A DNA stretch of 55,663 bases, taken from contig JACZQV010000001.1 of NCBI GenBank assembly GCA_022545545.1, positions 1 to 55,663 on the forward strand. The letters run 5' to 3'. Both the position numbers and the translations under genes were made by a program. This DNA is from Pseudomonadota bacterium (GTDB lineage: Bacteria > Pseudomonadota > Alphaproteobacteria > SMXQ01). This document shows positions 1-10,186 of this stretch, piece after piece (position 1 is the stretch's first letter; the number at the start of each line of letters is the position of its first letter). The notes beneath the pieces were generated by a model, which worked only from the letters and a program-made list of their open reading frames with translations, was not told where the DNA came from and searched no databases.

Positions 1-636
1 GATGGCCAGCACCAGGAAATTGATGCCGTGGTAGAAACCGGGGATGTCGCCGAAGATAAGCCTCGGCTCGCCCGAGATGATATCCAGCCCGACGGCGCCG
101 AACACCAGCCCGATGAAGATCGAAAAAATGGTCTTGGGGATGTCGTCGCCGCCAAGCCCGATGAAAGTGGCGAACGCCATCAGCATCAAGGCGAATATCT
201 CCGGCGCGCCGAAGGTCAGCGCGACATCGGCCAGCGGCGGCGCGAAGAGCGTGAACAACACGACGCCGACGCTGCCGCCGACGAAGGACGCCGCCGCCGC
301 GGCGATCAGCGCCTTGTCGGCCTCGCCCTTGAGCGCCATGGGCCGGCCGTCGAAGGTCGTCGCCACCGCCGTGGAGGCGCCGGGGATGCCGAGCATGATC
401 GAGGAGATGGCGCCGCCGTACATGGCGCCGTAATAGATCGCGCCGAGAAAGATGATGGCGCCCGTCGGCGGCACCAGGAAGGTCATCGGCAATAGAATGG
501 CGACGCCGTTGACCGAGCCCAGGCCGGGCATGGCGCCGATAAAGAGGCCGATGGCGCAGCCGCCGATGATCAGCGCCAGGTTGAGCGGCTCGAAGGCGAT
601 GGCAAAGCCATTGAGGAGAAGAGGCAGAATATCCAT
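1..636 (-). CDS. tctA: TctA-family tripartite tricarboxylate transporter large permease, N-terminal 212 codons (rest lies beyond window start)
   Basis: Not in the ORF track because it has no stop in the window. My reverse translation from ATG at 636-634 reads MDILPLLLNGFAIAFEPLNLALIIGGCAIGLFIGAMPGLGSVNGVAILLPMT..., a typical TctA N-terminus. It follows tctC-tctB on the same strand. Confidence 0.85.
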   Translation of the reverse strand, partial: MDILPLLLNGFAIAFEPLNLALIIGGCAIGLFIGAMPGLGSVNGVAILLPMTFLVPPTGAIIFLGAIYYGAMYGGAISSIMLGIPGASTAVATTFDGRPMALKGEADKALIAAAAASFVGGSVGVVLFTLFAPPLADVALTFGAPEIFALMLMAFATFIGLGGDDIPKTIFSIFIGLVFGAVGLDIISGEPRLIFGDIPGFYHGINFLVLAI

Positions 637-697
637 CGGCGCGCGGGACTCAGGTCAAGTTGTTACAGGATGGGTTGCTTTGATTGGGGTCGGGGGA

Positions 698-1195
698 TTA
701 ATAGAAAAAAGCGAATATGGGTTCGAACCACGGATCGGTGAACCCCTTGGGCAGGGTCTTCTGAAGCGCGATCTCGAAAAACAGGAAGGTGACGACCGGC
801 GTCACGGCGGCGAAAGTTCCGGTCAACCGCCAGGAATGGCCGCCCAGGAACCGAAGGTAAAAGATCAGGAAAGCCGGGATGGCGCCGTAGGCGCCGACGA
901 TATGGAACAAGCCGATCATCGCGGCGAGCGCGCCGGCGTTGAGGAGGAACAGCTTGAACGCGCGGCTGTCCATGTAAACTTCTTCGGAACGGGATTGCGG
1001 CGTCATGCGTCTCGCCCACCGGATAACGATGGCGATGCAACATAACAACATCCCCGTCGCCAGCCAGAACGGCCATGCGCCGCCGCCGGGCCCTTCACCG
1101 GTAATCCAGCCGATCGGGAGCTCGGCGCTTTTCCACATCAGGTAAAGAGAGAAGACCCCCATAACGACGCCCATGGCGAGCTCTGCCATGCGCAT
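698..1195 (-). CDS. tctB: TctB-family small membrane subunit of tripartite tricarboxylate transporter
   Basis: 165 aa hydrophobic protein with about 4 TM segments, sited between tctC and tctA as in canonical tctCBA operons. Confidence 0.8.
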   Translation of the reverse strand: MRMAELAMGVVMGVFSLYLMWKSAELPIGWITGEGPGGGAWPFWLATGMLLCCIAIVIRWARRMTPQSRSEEVYMDSRAFKLFLLNAGALAAMIGLFHIVGAYGAIPAFLIFYLRFLGGHSWRLTGTFAAVTPVVTFLFFEIALQKTLPKGFTDPWFEPIFAFFY

Positions 1196-1248
1196 GTCGG
1201 CGATCTCCTCCCTAAAACCTTAAGTGTCTTCTTCGTTCAAAATCCGGG

Positions 1249-2244
1249 CTATTTGATGGCGCCCATCTTTTGCAGCATGACCTTGTGGACGGCCTTTTCC
1301 CTGAGCCAATAACTCATCAGGATTTTGCCGGTAATGAAACCGCCTTGAAGGCTCTTTTTGGTCATGTAACCCTGCCACTCGTCGGAGCCGTAGATCTGAG
1401 CGAACAGCTGGCGGTAATAGGTCGCCGCCTCCTTGCTCATGCCCGGCGCGCCAACGACCGTGCGCTGCATGAAGTAGACGAAGTCCTTGCCCAACTCCTT
1501 GAACGTAGGCGCATCGGAGAACAAGGGCAGCCGTGCCGGCGTGAACGCCGCGATTGGCACGGTCTTGCCGGCCTGGTAGAAGCCAAGCTGCTCGGACGGG
1601 TTGTTGACCGTCGAGTTGGCGTTCTTGCCGGCCAGTTCCTTGGCCACGCGTCCGCCGCCCTTGTAGGGCACGTACTTCATGGAAAGGCCATAGGCCTTGT
1701 TGAGGAAGTCGGTCAGAAGATTGTCTTCGGAGTTCTTGCCGGTGCCGGCCATGATCCAGGCATTGCCCTTGGCCTTGGCCGCCTTGACGAACTGCTTGAC
1801 GTTGGTGATGCCGGAGTCCTTGTGCACCCACAACAGGAAGGTGTCTTCGGCCATCCGTCCGATCGGCGTGAACTTCGAGATATCGACCTTGATCTTCGGT
1901 TGGCGAAGCGGCGTGGTGTAGAAGCTGTTCAAGGTGAACATGATGGTGTGGTTCGGGTCCTTGGCGCCCTTGACGTGGATCAGCGCTTCGGCGCCCGTGC
2001 CGCCCGGCTTGTTGATCGGCGTGAACGGCTTCGATGACAATTTATGCTTGGCGATGATGTTCTGCATGAACCGCACCGCCTTGTCGGCGCCTCCGCCCTT
2101 GCCGGCCATGATGATGAACTCGACCGGCTTCTTGGGCTCCCAAGCGCCGGCGTCGCCGGGGATGGTCGCCAGGCTCAGGCCGGTAAGCAGCCCGATGGCG
2201 AGCCCAAGCAGGCCAACTCTCCCTGATATTTTCACTTTTTTCAT
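1249..2244 (-). CDS. tctC: Tripartite tricarboxylate transporter substrate-binding protein (TctC/Bug family)
   Basis: 331 aa with an N-terminal signal peptide (MKKVKISGRVGLLGLAIGLLTGLSLA). Bug/TctC-like body (PVEFIIMAGKGGGADK...). First gene of the tctCBA order. Confidence 0.9.
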   Translation of the reverse strand: MKKVKISGRVGLLGLAIGLLTGLSLATIPGDAGAWEPKKPVEFIIMAGKGGGADKAVRFMQNIIAKHKLSSKPFTPINKPGGTGAEALIHVKGAKDPNHTIMFTLNSFYTTPLRQPKIKVDISKFTPIGRMAEDTFLLWVHKDSGITNVKQFVKAAKAKGNAWIMAGTGKNSEDNLLTDFLNKAYGLSMKYVPYKGGGRVAKELAGKNANSTVNNPSEQLGFYQAGKTVPIAAFTPARLPLFSDAPTFKELGKDFVYFMQRTVVGAPGMSKEAATYYRQLFAQIYGSDEWQGYMTKKSLQGGFITGKILMSYWLREKAVHKVMLQKMGAIK

Positions 2245-2286
2245 AACTTACATCCTTTCTGTCTGTGCAAGAATGATGCGGGCATA

Positions 2287-2314
2287 ACTATAGATTATTA
2301 GGATACTAATTTAA
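2287..2314 (-). promoter_or_regulatory. Candidate sigma70-type promoter for tctCBA (TTAAAT-16 nt-TATAGT on minus strand)
   Basis: AT-rich patch in otherwise GC-rich DNA about 45-70 nt upstream of the tctC ATG. Hexamers read directly from the sequence; no experimental support. Confidence 0.25.
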
Positions 2315-2541
2315 AGCCCGCCGCGACTCGCCGGAACCCCTCGCCTCGATCCGTGCCCTCGGCAAGTCCGGCGCTATTTCTTACAGGGCGGCAGTATACA
2401 GTGGATAACCGGGCGGTCCAGCACGGGCGCCGCCGAAGTGCGCCTGGGCGCCGTCAAATATCCGTGAGATTTCGTTACCGTCGGGTCACCGCCGGACCCG
2501 GCCGGGCCGGCTGGAGCCCCCGGAACTCCTGGCTTCCGGGG

Positions 2542-3390
<849 letters not shown>

Positions 3391-3681
3391 GGTGTCTTGC
3401 CATTGGGCGTCGCGGTTTTGTGAAGTGACCGGCCTATCATATTCACGCCTTGTCCGAAAGCGCGGGCCACGCTCGTTCCCTTTTTTTGGCCTTTTTCACA
3501 CGCCGGTTCGCGGCCTCTCGTCGGGCAGCTTTGGTTAGCAGCCGGTGGCCTCCTTTACAAGGCACGATCGTCCTCTCGCGGCCATTCGATCCTGACCAAA
3601 CAGTCTCCAAGGCGCGCCCGGCGGTGAAGCCGCCACTTCCCTGGCAGACAAGTTCGAGCAATCCTGGCTTTTTCGATCGCC

Positions 3682-3926
3682 AGGGCATAATTTACTTACC
3701 CGCCTGCGCGGCCCGCCTCCCGAAGTCGTACGGAGGGCAGGCCGGGGCCGCTTCGGCGTGGCGAAGGCCCGTGTCCCCGCCTCCCGGTCCGTCGCCCGAA
3801 GGCTTTGGGCCGCGGGGCGAAGCCGTGGGGAGGGCAGGCGGGGAATCGTTCGGACCCGCCTGTGCGGCCGGCGCCATCGGAGGCCATGGGTGGCCGGACG
3901 GGGGTGGTAAGGGTCGAGCCGATCGG
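3682..3926 (-). repeat. Copy A of a dispersed GC-rich intergenic repeat family
   Basis: Contains CCCGCCTGCGCGGCC (3699-3713) and CCCGCCTGTGCGGCC (3855-3869). Bounded by AGGGCATAAT (3682-3691) and GGGTCGAGCCGATCGG (3911-3926). The same termini and 15-mer occur at 43751-43945 in opposite orientation, with a partial copy at 18326-18364. Confidence 0.6.
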
Positions 3927-3988
3927 AGTGTGCTCTAACCCTTGGCGATAGGGGACGTTTCCGAAACAACCGATCAGGAGACGGCGCG

Positions 3989-5890
3989 ATGCCCGGAAGA
4001 TACGAAGAAGCCTACAGCCGGTCGATTGAGGACCCGTCGGGCTTTTGGTCCGAAGCGGCGGCGGGGATCGACTGGCACCGGAAGTGGGACCAGGTTCTCG
4101 ATTCCTCCAATCCGCCCTTCTACCGCTGGTTCAAGGGAGCCGAACTCAACACTTGTTACAACGCGCTTGACCGCCACGCGGACGGCGGACGCGGCGACCA
4201 GAAGGCGCTGATCTACGACAGCCCGGTCACCGGTCAGATCAAGAGCTTCACCTACACCGAACTTCGCGAGCGCGTCGCCCGTTGCGCCGGCGGTCTCAAG
4301 ACGCTCGGCGTCGAAAAGGGCGATCTGGTGCTGATCTACATGCCGATGATACCGGAAGCGGTCATCTCCATGCTCGCCTGCGCCCGCATCGGGGCGGTGC
4401 ACTCGGTGGTTTTCGGTGGCTTCGCCGCCCGCGAGCTTGCCACCCGTATCAACGACGCCCGTCCGGTCTGCGTAATCACCGCCTCTTGCGGCATAGAGCC
4501 GGGCCGGATCGTCGAATATAAGCCGCTCCTGGACGCCGCCATCGAGCTCGCGGATCACAAGCCACGGGTCTGCGTCATGGTCCAGCGTGCGATGGCCGAG
4601 GCGCCGATGATCGAGGGCCGCGACATCGACTGGGACGAGGTCATGACATCCGCCCAGCCGACCGATTGCGTGCCGGTCGCGGCGACCGATCCGCTTTATA
4701 TTCTCTATACCTCGGGCACCACCGGCCTGCCCAAGGGGGTCGTCCGCGACAACGGCGGCCACGCGGTGGCGCTTAAATGGTCGATGAAGAACGTCTACGG
4801 CATCGACCCGGGCGAGGTCTACTGGGCGGCCTCCGACATCGGCTGGGTGGTGGGTCATTCCTACATCGTCTATGCGCCGCTGTTTCACGGCTGCACCACC
4901 ATCCTCTTCGAGGGCAAGCCGGTCGGCACCCCGGATGCCGGCGCCTTCTGGCGAGTCATCTCTCAGCACCAGGTGACGGCGCTGTTCACGGCGCCGACCG
5001 CCTTTCGCGCCATCAAGCAGCAGGATCCCAACGGCGAACACATCAAGAAATACGCCCTCGACGGATTCCGCACCCTGTTCCTCGCCGGCGAGCGGGCGGA
5101 CCCCGATACCGTCAAGTGGGCGGAGCACCATCTTCGGGTCCCGGTCATCGATCACTGGTGGCAGACCGAAACCGGCTGGGCCATTGGCGCAAATTGCATT
5201 GGGCTCGGCATGCTGCCGGTGAAATACGGCAGCGCGACCAAGGCGGTCCCCGGATTCGATGTCCACGTACTGGACAAGAACCGCCGGCCGGTCAAGCCGG
5301 GCAAGATCGGCACCATCGTCATCAAGCTGCCGTTGCCGCCGGGCTGCCTGCCCTCACTGTGGAACAACGACGAGGGCTTCAAGCAGTCCTATCTCTCCGA
5401 CTTTCCCGGCTACTACCTCACCGCCGACGCCGGCTACATCGACGAGGACGGCTATATTTTCGTCATGTCCCGCACCGACGACATCATCAACGTAGCCGGA
5501 CACAGACTGTCCACCGGCGCCATGGAAGAGGTCCTCGCGGGCCATCCCGATGTCGCCGAATGCGCGGTGATCGGTGTCGCCGAAAAGGTGAAGGGGCAGG
5601 TGCCGCTCGGTTTCGTGGTGCTCACGGCCGGGGTCGAGCGCGCCGACGACGATATCGTCAAAGAGCTCGTCGCCATGGTACGCGAGCAGATCGGCCCGGT
5701 GGCGGCCTTCACCTCGGCGGTCGTGGTGAAGCGCCTGCCCAAGACCCGCTCCGGCAAGATCCTTCGCGGCACCATGTGCAAGATCGCCGACGGCGAGGAA
5801 TACCGGGTCCCGGCCACCATCGACGATCCCGCCGTCCTGGATGAGATCGGCGCGGCGCTGCAAGGCATCGGCCACGCCGGCGCGGGCTAG
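3989..5890 (+). CDS. prpE: Propionate--CoA ligase / acetyl-CoA-synthetase-like acyl-CoA synthetase (PrpE type)
   Basis: 633 aa. N-terminus YEEAYSRSIEDPSGFWSEAA..., AMP-binding motif YTSGTTGLPKGV, C-terminal LPKTRSGKILR. The length and N-terminal region match PrpE-type enzymes; substrate specificity is not provable from sequence. Confidence 0.85.
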   Translation: MPGRYEEAYSRSIEDPSGFWSEAAAGIDWHRKWDQVLDSSNPPFYRWFKGAELNTCYNALDRHADGGRGDQKALIYDSPVTGQIKSFTYTELRERVARCAGGLKTLGVEKGDLVLIYMPMIPEAVISMLACARIGAVHSVVFGGFAARELATRINDARPVCVITASCGIEPGRIVEYKPLLDAAIELADHKPRVCVMVQRAMAEAPMIEGRDIDWDEVMTSAQPTDCVPVAATDPLYILYTSGTTGLPKGVVRDNGGHAVALKWSMKNVYGIDPGEVYWAASDIGWVVGHSYIVYAPLFHGCTTILFEGKPVGTPDAGAFWRVISQHQVTALFTAPTAFRAIKQQDPNGEHIKKYALDGFRTLFLAGERADPDTVKWAEHHLRVPVIDHWWQTETGWAIGANCIGLGMLPVKYGSATKAVPGFDVHVLDKNRRPVKPGKIGTIVIKLPLPPGCLPSLWNNDEGFKQSYLSDFPGYYLTADAGYIDEDGYIFVMSRTDDIINVAGHRLSTGAMEEVLAGHPDVAECAVIGVAEKVKGQVPLGFVVLTAGVERADDDIVKELVAMVREQIGPVAAFTSAVVVKRLPKTRSGKILRGTMCKIADGEEYRVPATIDDPAVLDEIGAALQGIGHAGAG

Positions 5891-6157
5891 TACTTACTTT
5901 CATAGAAGGGTGATACATATGATCGTCTTTTCGCGGCCTCCGGGTAGGAGGCGTCGCGCCGACGATGTCTGGACATCGTCAAGCGGCGCCGACGCCCTCC
6001 GGTGGCCGCGAAAAGCGACCCTGCGGGCGGCCTTGCAGGCCCTTCGGACGTCGTCGCGCGGCCCTTGTGATGCGCCAGCATCACGGCGGACCACGCTCCT
6101 AGCCGAAGAACCTGCAAGGCCGTCAGATGTGTCACCCTTCTATGAAAGTGAGTACTA
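5888..6157. repeat. MITE-like element: 31-bp terminal inverted repeats (29/31 match) enclosing about 208 bp of nested GC-rich hairpins
   Basis: Left arm TAGTACTTACTTTCATAGAAGGGTGATACAT (5888-5918). The reverse complement of 6127-6157 is TAGTACTCACTTTCATAGAAGGGTGACACAT. Internal perfect stems lie at 5961-5980, 6029-6039 with 6111-6121, and 6067-6084. The element exactly fills the gap between the prpE stop (5888-5890) and the lol stop (6164-6166). Confidence 0.7.
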
Positions 6158-6163
6158 ACGCCC

Positions 6164-7405
6164 TCATTCATAGCGCAGGGCCTCGACCGGATCGAGCGAA
6201 GCCGCCCGCAAGGAAGGATAGATGGTCGCCAGGAAGGAAAGCGCCAGCGCCGTCAGGACCACCACCGCCACGTCCGCCCCATCGAGTCTCGAGGTCAGAC
6301 GGGCGAAGAATTCGGCCTCGCCCGAATAGCCGCCGCCGACACCGAGCGCCGCGATCGCCCCGCCGAGATCCTCGATGCGCGCCGCGAGGAACAGGCCGAC
6401 AATGGTGCCGATCGCGGTGCCGAGGACGCCGACGGAAGCGCCGCTAAAGATGAAGATGCGAAGGATCATCCCCCTCGTCGCGCCCATGGTGCGCAGGATG
6501 GCGATGTCGCGGCCCTTGTCCTTCACCAGCATCACCATACTGGCGATGATGTTGAGCGCGGCGACGAGGACGATCAGGGAGACGATGATGAAGGTGGCGA
6601 TGCGCTCGACCTCGAGCGCCACCAGCAAGGTCGCGTTCACCTGACGCCAATCGCGGACCTTGAAACCGCCGCCGGCGAGGCGCGAGATCCCGGCGGTCCA
6701 GGCCTCGACCCGCCCGGGATCGGCGACCTCGACCTCGAGCGCGCTGACCCGGCCGGGCAGGCCGAACATGCGCTGGGCCGCGGCCAGCGGCATCAACAGC
6801 AAAGATTCCCCCCTGGGTCCGGTGGTGGCGGCGGAAAGGGCGCCGATGCGAAAACGACCGCGCCGCGGCGCCAGTTGGATGCCTTTCTTGCCGCCGGCGG
6901 TGGGCGTCACCAGGGTCAAGGCATCGCCCCGGGTGACGCCGAGTTTCGCCGCCAGCCGTGGGGAGATGACGATCTCGGGCGCGCCTTCCCCGCCGCCGCC
7001 GTCCGGCCCTTGGGCGCCCCCGCCGGTAAGCCGGGCGAGTTCGTCGTCGGCCAAGCCCCTGGCGATGAGGACCAAAAGCCTGCCGCGCGAGGACACCATG
7101 ACCTGGCGCTCGATCACCGGACGGACGCGGACGACGCCCTCGATGGCGGCGATCTCGCCGGCCAGGGATTCGAACCCGGCGATGCCCGGCGGCCCGGCGG
7201 CCACCGTCAGATGGCCGCGAAAGCCGATCATCCGATCGACGAGCTGATCGCGAAAACCGTTGAGCACCGCCAGCACCACCAGCAGCGTGGCGACGCCAAG
7301 GGCGATGCCGGCGAGGCTGAGCCCGGCGATGAGGGACACCTTGCCCTCCTGGCGCCGGGCGCGCAGATAGCGCACCGCGACGAGGCGCTCGAAGGCGTTA
7401 ATCAC
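6164..7405 (-). CDS. LolC/E-family lipoprotein-releasing system permease, divergent second paralog
   Basis: 413 aa. Conserved N-terminal FERLVAVRYLRARRQEG and C-terminal LVKDKGRDIAILRTMGATRG...YPSLRAASLDPVEALRYE (FtsX/MacB-type). The periplasmic domain is Gly-rich and diverges from the upstream paralog. Confidence 0.85.
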   Translation of the reverse strand: MINAFERLVAVRYLRARRQEGKVSLIAGLSLAGIALGVATLLVVLAVLNGFRDQLVDRMIGFRGHLTVAAGPPGIAGFESLAGEIAAIEGVVRVRPVIERQVMVSSRGRLLVLIARGLADDELARLTGGGAQGPDGGGGEGAPEIVISPRLAAKLGVTRGDALTLVTPTAGGKKGIQLAPRRGRFRIGALSAATTGPRGESLLLMPLAAAQRMFGLPGRVSALEVEVADPGRVEAWTAGISRLAGGGFKVRDWRQVNATLLVALEVERIATFIIVSLIVLVAALNIIASMVMLVKDKGRDIAILRTMGATRGMILRIFIFSGASVGVLGTAIGTIVGLFLAARIEDLGGAIAALGVGGGYSGEAEFFARLTSRLDGADVAVVVLTALALSFLATIYPSLRAASLDPVEALRYE

Positions 7406-7462
7406 CGCCGCCCCTCCGCCGACTCGTTTTTGCCGATGACCTAGCCATGGCGCCCCGATGAC

Positions 7463-8710
7463 CTAACCATAACGAAGCGTCTCGACCGGATCGAGCGAGG
7501 CCGCCCGCCACGACGGATAGAGCGTCGCCAGCAACGAGATGCCGAGCGCCATCGCCGCGACCCAGGCCACGTCCGCCCCCTGGATGCGCGCCGGGAGCTC
7601 GGCCAGGAAGTAGAGCTCGGGCGAAAACAGATCGACGCCCGCCACTTTCTCGATCCAACGGCGGATGCCCTCGATGTTGGACGCCAGCACCATGGCGAGG
7701 CCGACGCCGGCGCCGGTGCCGGTGACGCCGATGGCGAGGCTGTTGAGCAGGAAGATGCGCATGACCATGCCCCGGGTCGCGCCCATGGTGCGCAGAATCC
7801 CGATCTCGGACCGCTTGTCCTTCACCAGCATGTTCAGCCCCGAAACGATGTTGAAGGCGGCGACGACGATCATCAGCCCCAACACCAGCATCAGCATGTT
7901 GCGCTGCACGCGCACCTCGTTGAGGAACGGCGTATAGGCCTGGCGCCAGTCGAAGAGCCTACGTTCCGGCCCCGCGATCGAGGCGATCTCGGCGCGCGCC
8001 GAAGCGAGTTCCCGGGGATCGCCAAGCGCGACCTCGATGCCGGTGACGGCGCCCTTGAAACGAAAGAAGATCTGCGCCGCCTCGAGCGGCATGTAGATGA
8101 AGGCATCGTCGTAATCGAACATGCCGATCTCGAAAGTGGCGATGACGCGATAGCGCTTCTGGCGGGCGAAGGCGCCGAACGCCGTTCGCGTCGCCTGGGG
8201 CGACACCAGGGTCACTCGGTCGCCGACGCCGACGCCGAGCTTCTCGGCCAGGCGCGCACCTAAGATGACGGCGTTCTTTCCCTTGAAGCGGTCAAGCTTA
8301 CCGGCGCGGAGATTGCCGGCGACGATGCGGCGGTCCTTGAGATCGGCGGGGCTGAGCCCGCGCACCACCGCCCCGGCGGCGATATCCCCGCTGATGGCCA
8401 TGACGCGGCCCTGGACCATGGGCGTCGCGCGGACCACCCGGCCGAGGCCGCCGATGCGCTTGGCCAGCGCGTCGAAGTCGTTGATCCGCCCGCGCTGGTC
8501 GTAGACCATGAGGTGGCCGTTGACTTCGAGGACACGCGAAAGAAGCTCATGGCGGAAGCCGTCCATCACCGCCATGACGACGATCAGCGCGCCGACGCCA
8601 AGCGCGATCCCCAGCACCGAAAGGGCGGCGATCACCGAAATGAAGCCTTCCTGGCGGCGCGCCCGCAGATAGCGCCAGGCGACGGTCCGCTCGAACGGGG
8701 AGAACATCAT
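7463..8710 (-). CDS. LolC/E-family lipoprotein-releasing system permease
   Basis: 415 aa. FERTVAWRYLRARRQEGF... and LVKDKRSEIGILRTMGATRG...YPSWRAASLDPVETLRYG. Located immediately downstream of proS, as in many alphaproteobacteria. Confidence 0.9.
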   Translation of the reverse strand: MMFSPFERTVAWRYLRARRQEGFISVIAALSVLGIALGVGALIVVMAVMDGFRHELLSRVLEVNGHLMVYDQRGRINDFDALAKRIGGLGRVVRATPMVQGRVMAISGDIAAGAVVRGLSPADLKDRRIVAGNLRAGKLDRFKGKNAVILGARLAEKLGVGVGDRVTLVSPQATRTAFGAFARQKRYRVIATFEIGMFDYDDAFIYMPLEAAQIFFRFKGAVTGIEVALGDPRELASARAEIASIAGPERRLFDWRQAYTPFLNEVRVQRNMLMLVLGLMIVVAAFNIVSGLNMLVKDKRSEIGILRTMGATRGMVMRIFLLNSLAIGVTGTGAGVGLAMVLASNIEGIRRWIEKVAGVDLFSPELYFLAELPARIQGADVAWVAAMALGISLLATLYPSWRAASLDPVETLRYG

Positions 8711-8719
8711 CGCCCGAAT

Positions 8720-10021
8720 TCACCCGGCCGGCGCCGGGACCAGGCGGGCGAGCGCGGACTCGGCCGATAGCTCTTCCGCCTCGCCGCCCTCGCGCCGCTT
8801 CAACTCGACCACGCCCTGCTTCACCCCCCGCGGCCCGACGATCAGTTGGTAGGGCAGGCCGATCAGGTCCATGGTGGCGAACTTGACGCCGGGACGCTCG
8901 TCGCGGTCATCGTAAAGCACCTCGACGCCGGCCCGGCGCAACTTGGCGTATAGATCGGAACAGACCCCGTCGCAGCCCTTATCGCCGACGCGCAGGTTGA
9001 TCAGCCCGACCTTGAACGGCGCCACCGATTCCGGCCAGATCATGCCGGCATCGTCGTGGCTCGCCTCGATGATGGCGCCGGCGAGGCGCGAGATGCCGAT
9101 GCCGTAGGACCCCATTTCGACGGTGATGGACTCACCGTCCGCGCCGGTCACGACGGCGCCCATGGGCGCCGAATATTTGGTCCCGAAATAGAATATGTGG
9201 CCGACCTCGATGCCCCTTGCGGTGCGGAGCCTGTCGTCGGGAAGCGGACAGGCGGCTGGGTCGTGCTCGTCATCGGTCGCCGCGTACAAGGACCGCAGGG
9301 TCTCGATATCCGGCTGTTCCCCCTTGGCGCGCAGCTCGTCGAACGTGGCGTCGTAGAAGATCTCGCTCTCGCCGGTCTCGGCCAGTATCTGGAACTCGTG
9401 GCTCATATCGCCGCCGATGGCGCCGGGATCGGCGCGCACGGGGATCGCCGTCAGCCCCAACCGCTGGAAGGTCTTGAGATAGGTCACGTACATGTTGTCG
9501 TAGGACCGCTTGGCGCCGTCGAAATCGAGGTCGAAGGAGTAGTTGTCCTTCATCAGGAACTCGCGGCCCCGCATGACGCCGAAGCGCGGGCGGATCTCGT
9601 CGCGGAACTTCCACTGGATCTGGTAGAGGTTCTTCGGCAGGTCCCGGTAACTCTTGATCAGGTGCCGGAAGATGTCGGTGATCAGTTCCTCGTTGGTCGG
9701 GCCGTAGAGCATCTCGCGCTTATGGCGGTCGGTGATGCGCAGCATCTCCTTGCCGTAGCCGTCATAGCGGCCCGACTCCTCCCACAGCTCCGCCGGCTGG
9801 ATCGTCGGCATGAGGATTTCCTGGCACCCGGCGGCGTCCTGCTCTTCGCGGACGATGCGGATGATGTTCTGCAGCACCCTGAGGCCAAGCGGCAGCCAGG
9901 AATAGATGCCGGCGCTCGATTGGCGGATCATGCCGGCGCGCAGCATCAACCGATGGGAGACGATCTGCGCTTCGGCGGGCGTCTCCTTCAGGGTCGGCAG
10001 GAAATAGGCCGATAGATGCAT
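8720..10021 (-). CDS. proS: Proline--tRNA ligase (short alphaproteobacterial type)
   Basis: The ORF 8720-10057 translation contains class II aaRS motifs. I place the start at ATG 10021 ([34 protein letters not shown]), the conserved ProS N-terminus. The upstream GTG at 10057 is less likely. Confidence 0.93.
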   Translation of the reverse strand: MHLSAYFLPTLKETPAEAQIVSHRLMLRAGMIRQSSAGIYSWLPLGLRVLQNIIRIVREEQDAAGCQEILMPTIQPAELWEESGRYDGYGKEMLRITDRHKREMLYGPTNEELITDIFRHLIKSYRDLPKNLYQIQWKFRDEIRPRFGVMRGREFLMKDNYSFDLDFDGAKRSYDNMYVTYLKTFQRLGLTAIPVRADPGAIGGDMSHEFQILAETGESEIFYDATFDELRAKGEQPDIETLRSLYAATDDEHDPAACPLPDDRLRTARGIEVGHIFYFGTKYSAPMGAVVTGADGESITVEMGSYGIGISRLAGAIIEASHDDAGMIWPESVAPFKVGLINLRVGDKGCDGVCSDLYAKLRRAGVEVLYDDRDERPGVKFATMDLIGLPYQLIVGPRGVKQGVVELKRREGGEAEELSAESALARLVPAPAG

Positions 10022-10186
10022 GGCGTCCTTGAGCGCGAAACGGTGCGGCGCCCGCACCGGCGCCGATCGAAGATCGGCCGGTCCGAGCGGTCAAACTTTA
10101 GGCAAAGGCGCAATCAATAGCAATGGCGGGCGAAACCGGCGGGGGAACTTGGTGCAGGAGCGAACGAAATGTGTCCGCTACGGCCT

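Noticed and set aside
28-1076. Several plus-strand ORFs (28-495, 44-433, 452-1045) and the minus-strand ORF 663-1076 at the window start
   Set aside because: They overlap tctA and tctB in the wrong frame or strand. The translations are Arg/Gly/Asp-rich or Pro/Ser/Met-rich nonsense.
3974-5266. 430-aa minus-strand ORF antisense to prpE. Similar long antisense ORFs include 44754-46544 (antisense to nnr), 20165-21832, 21631-23145, 22844-24667, 25032-26129, 28056-29186, 30253-31335, 33109-34407 and 46837-48057.
   Set aside because: All overlap confidently assigned conserved genes on the other strand. They have the Arg/Gly/Pro/Asp-rich composition typical of out-of-frame high-GC DNA, and they lack RBS or family resemblance.
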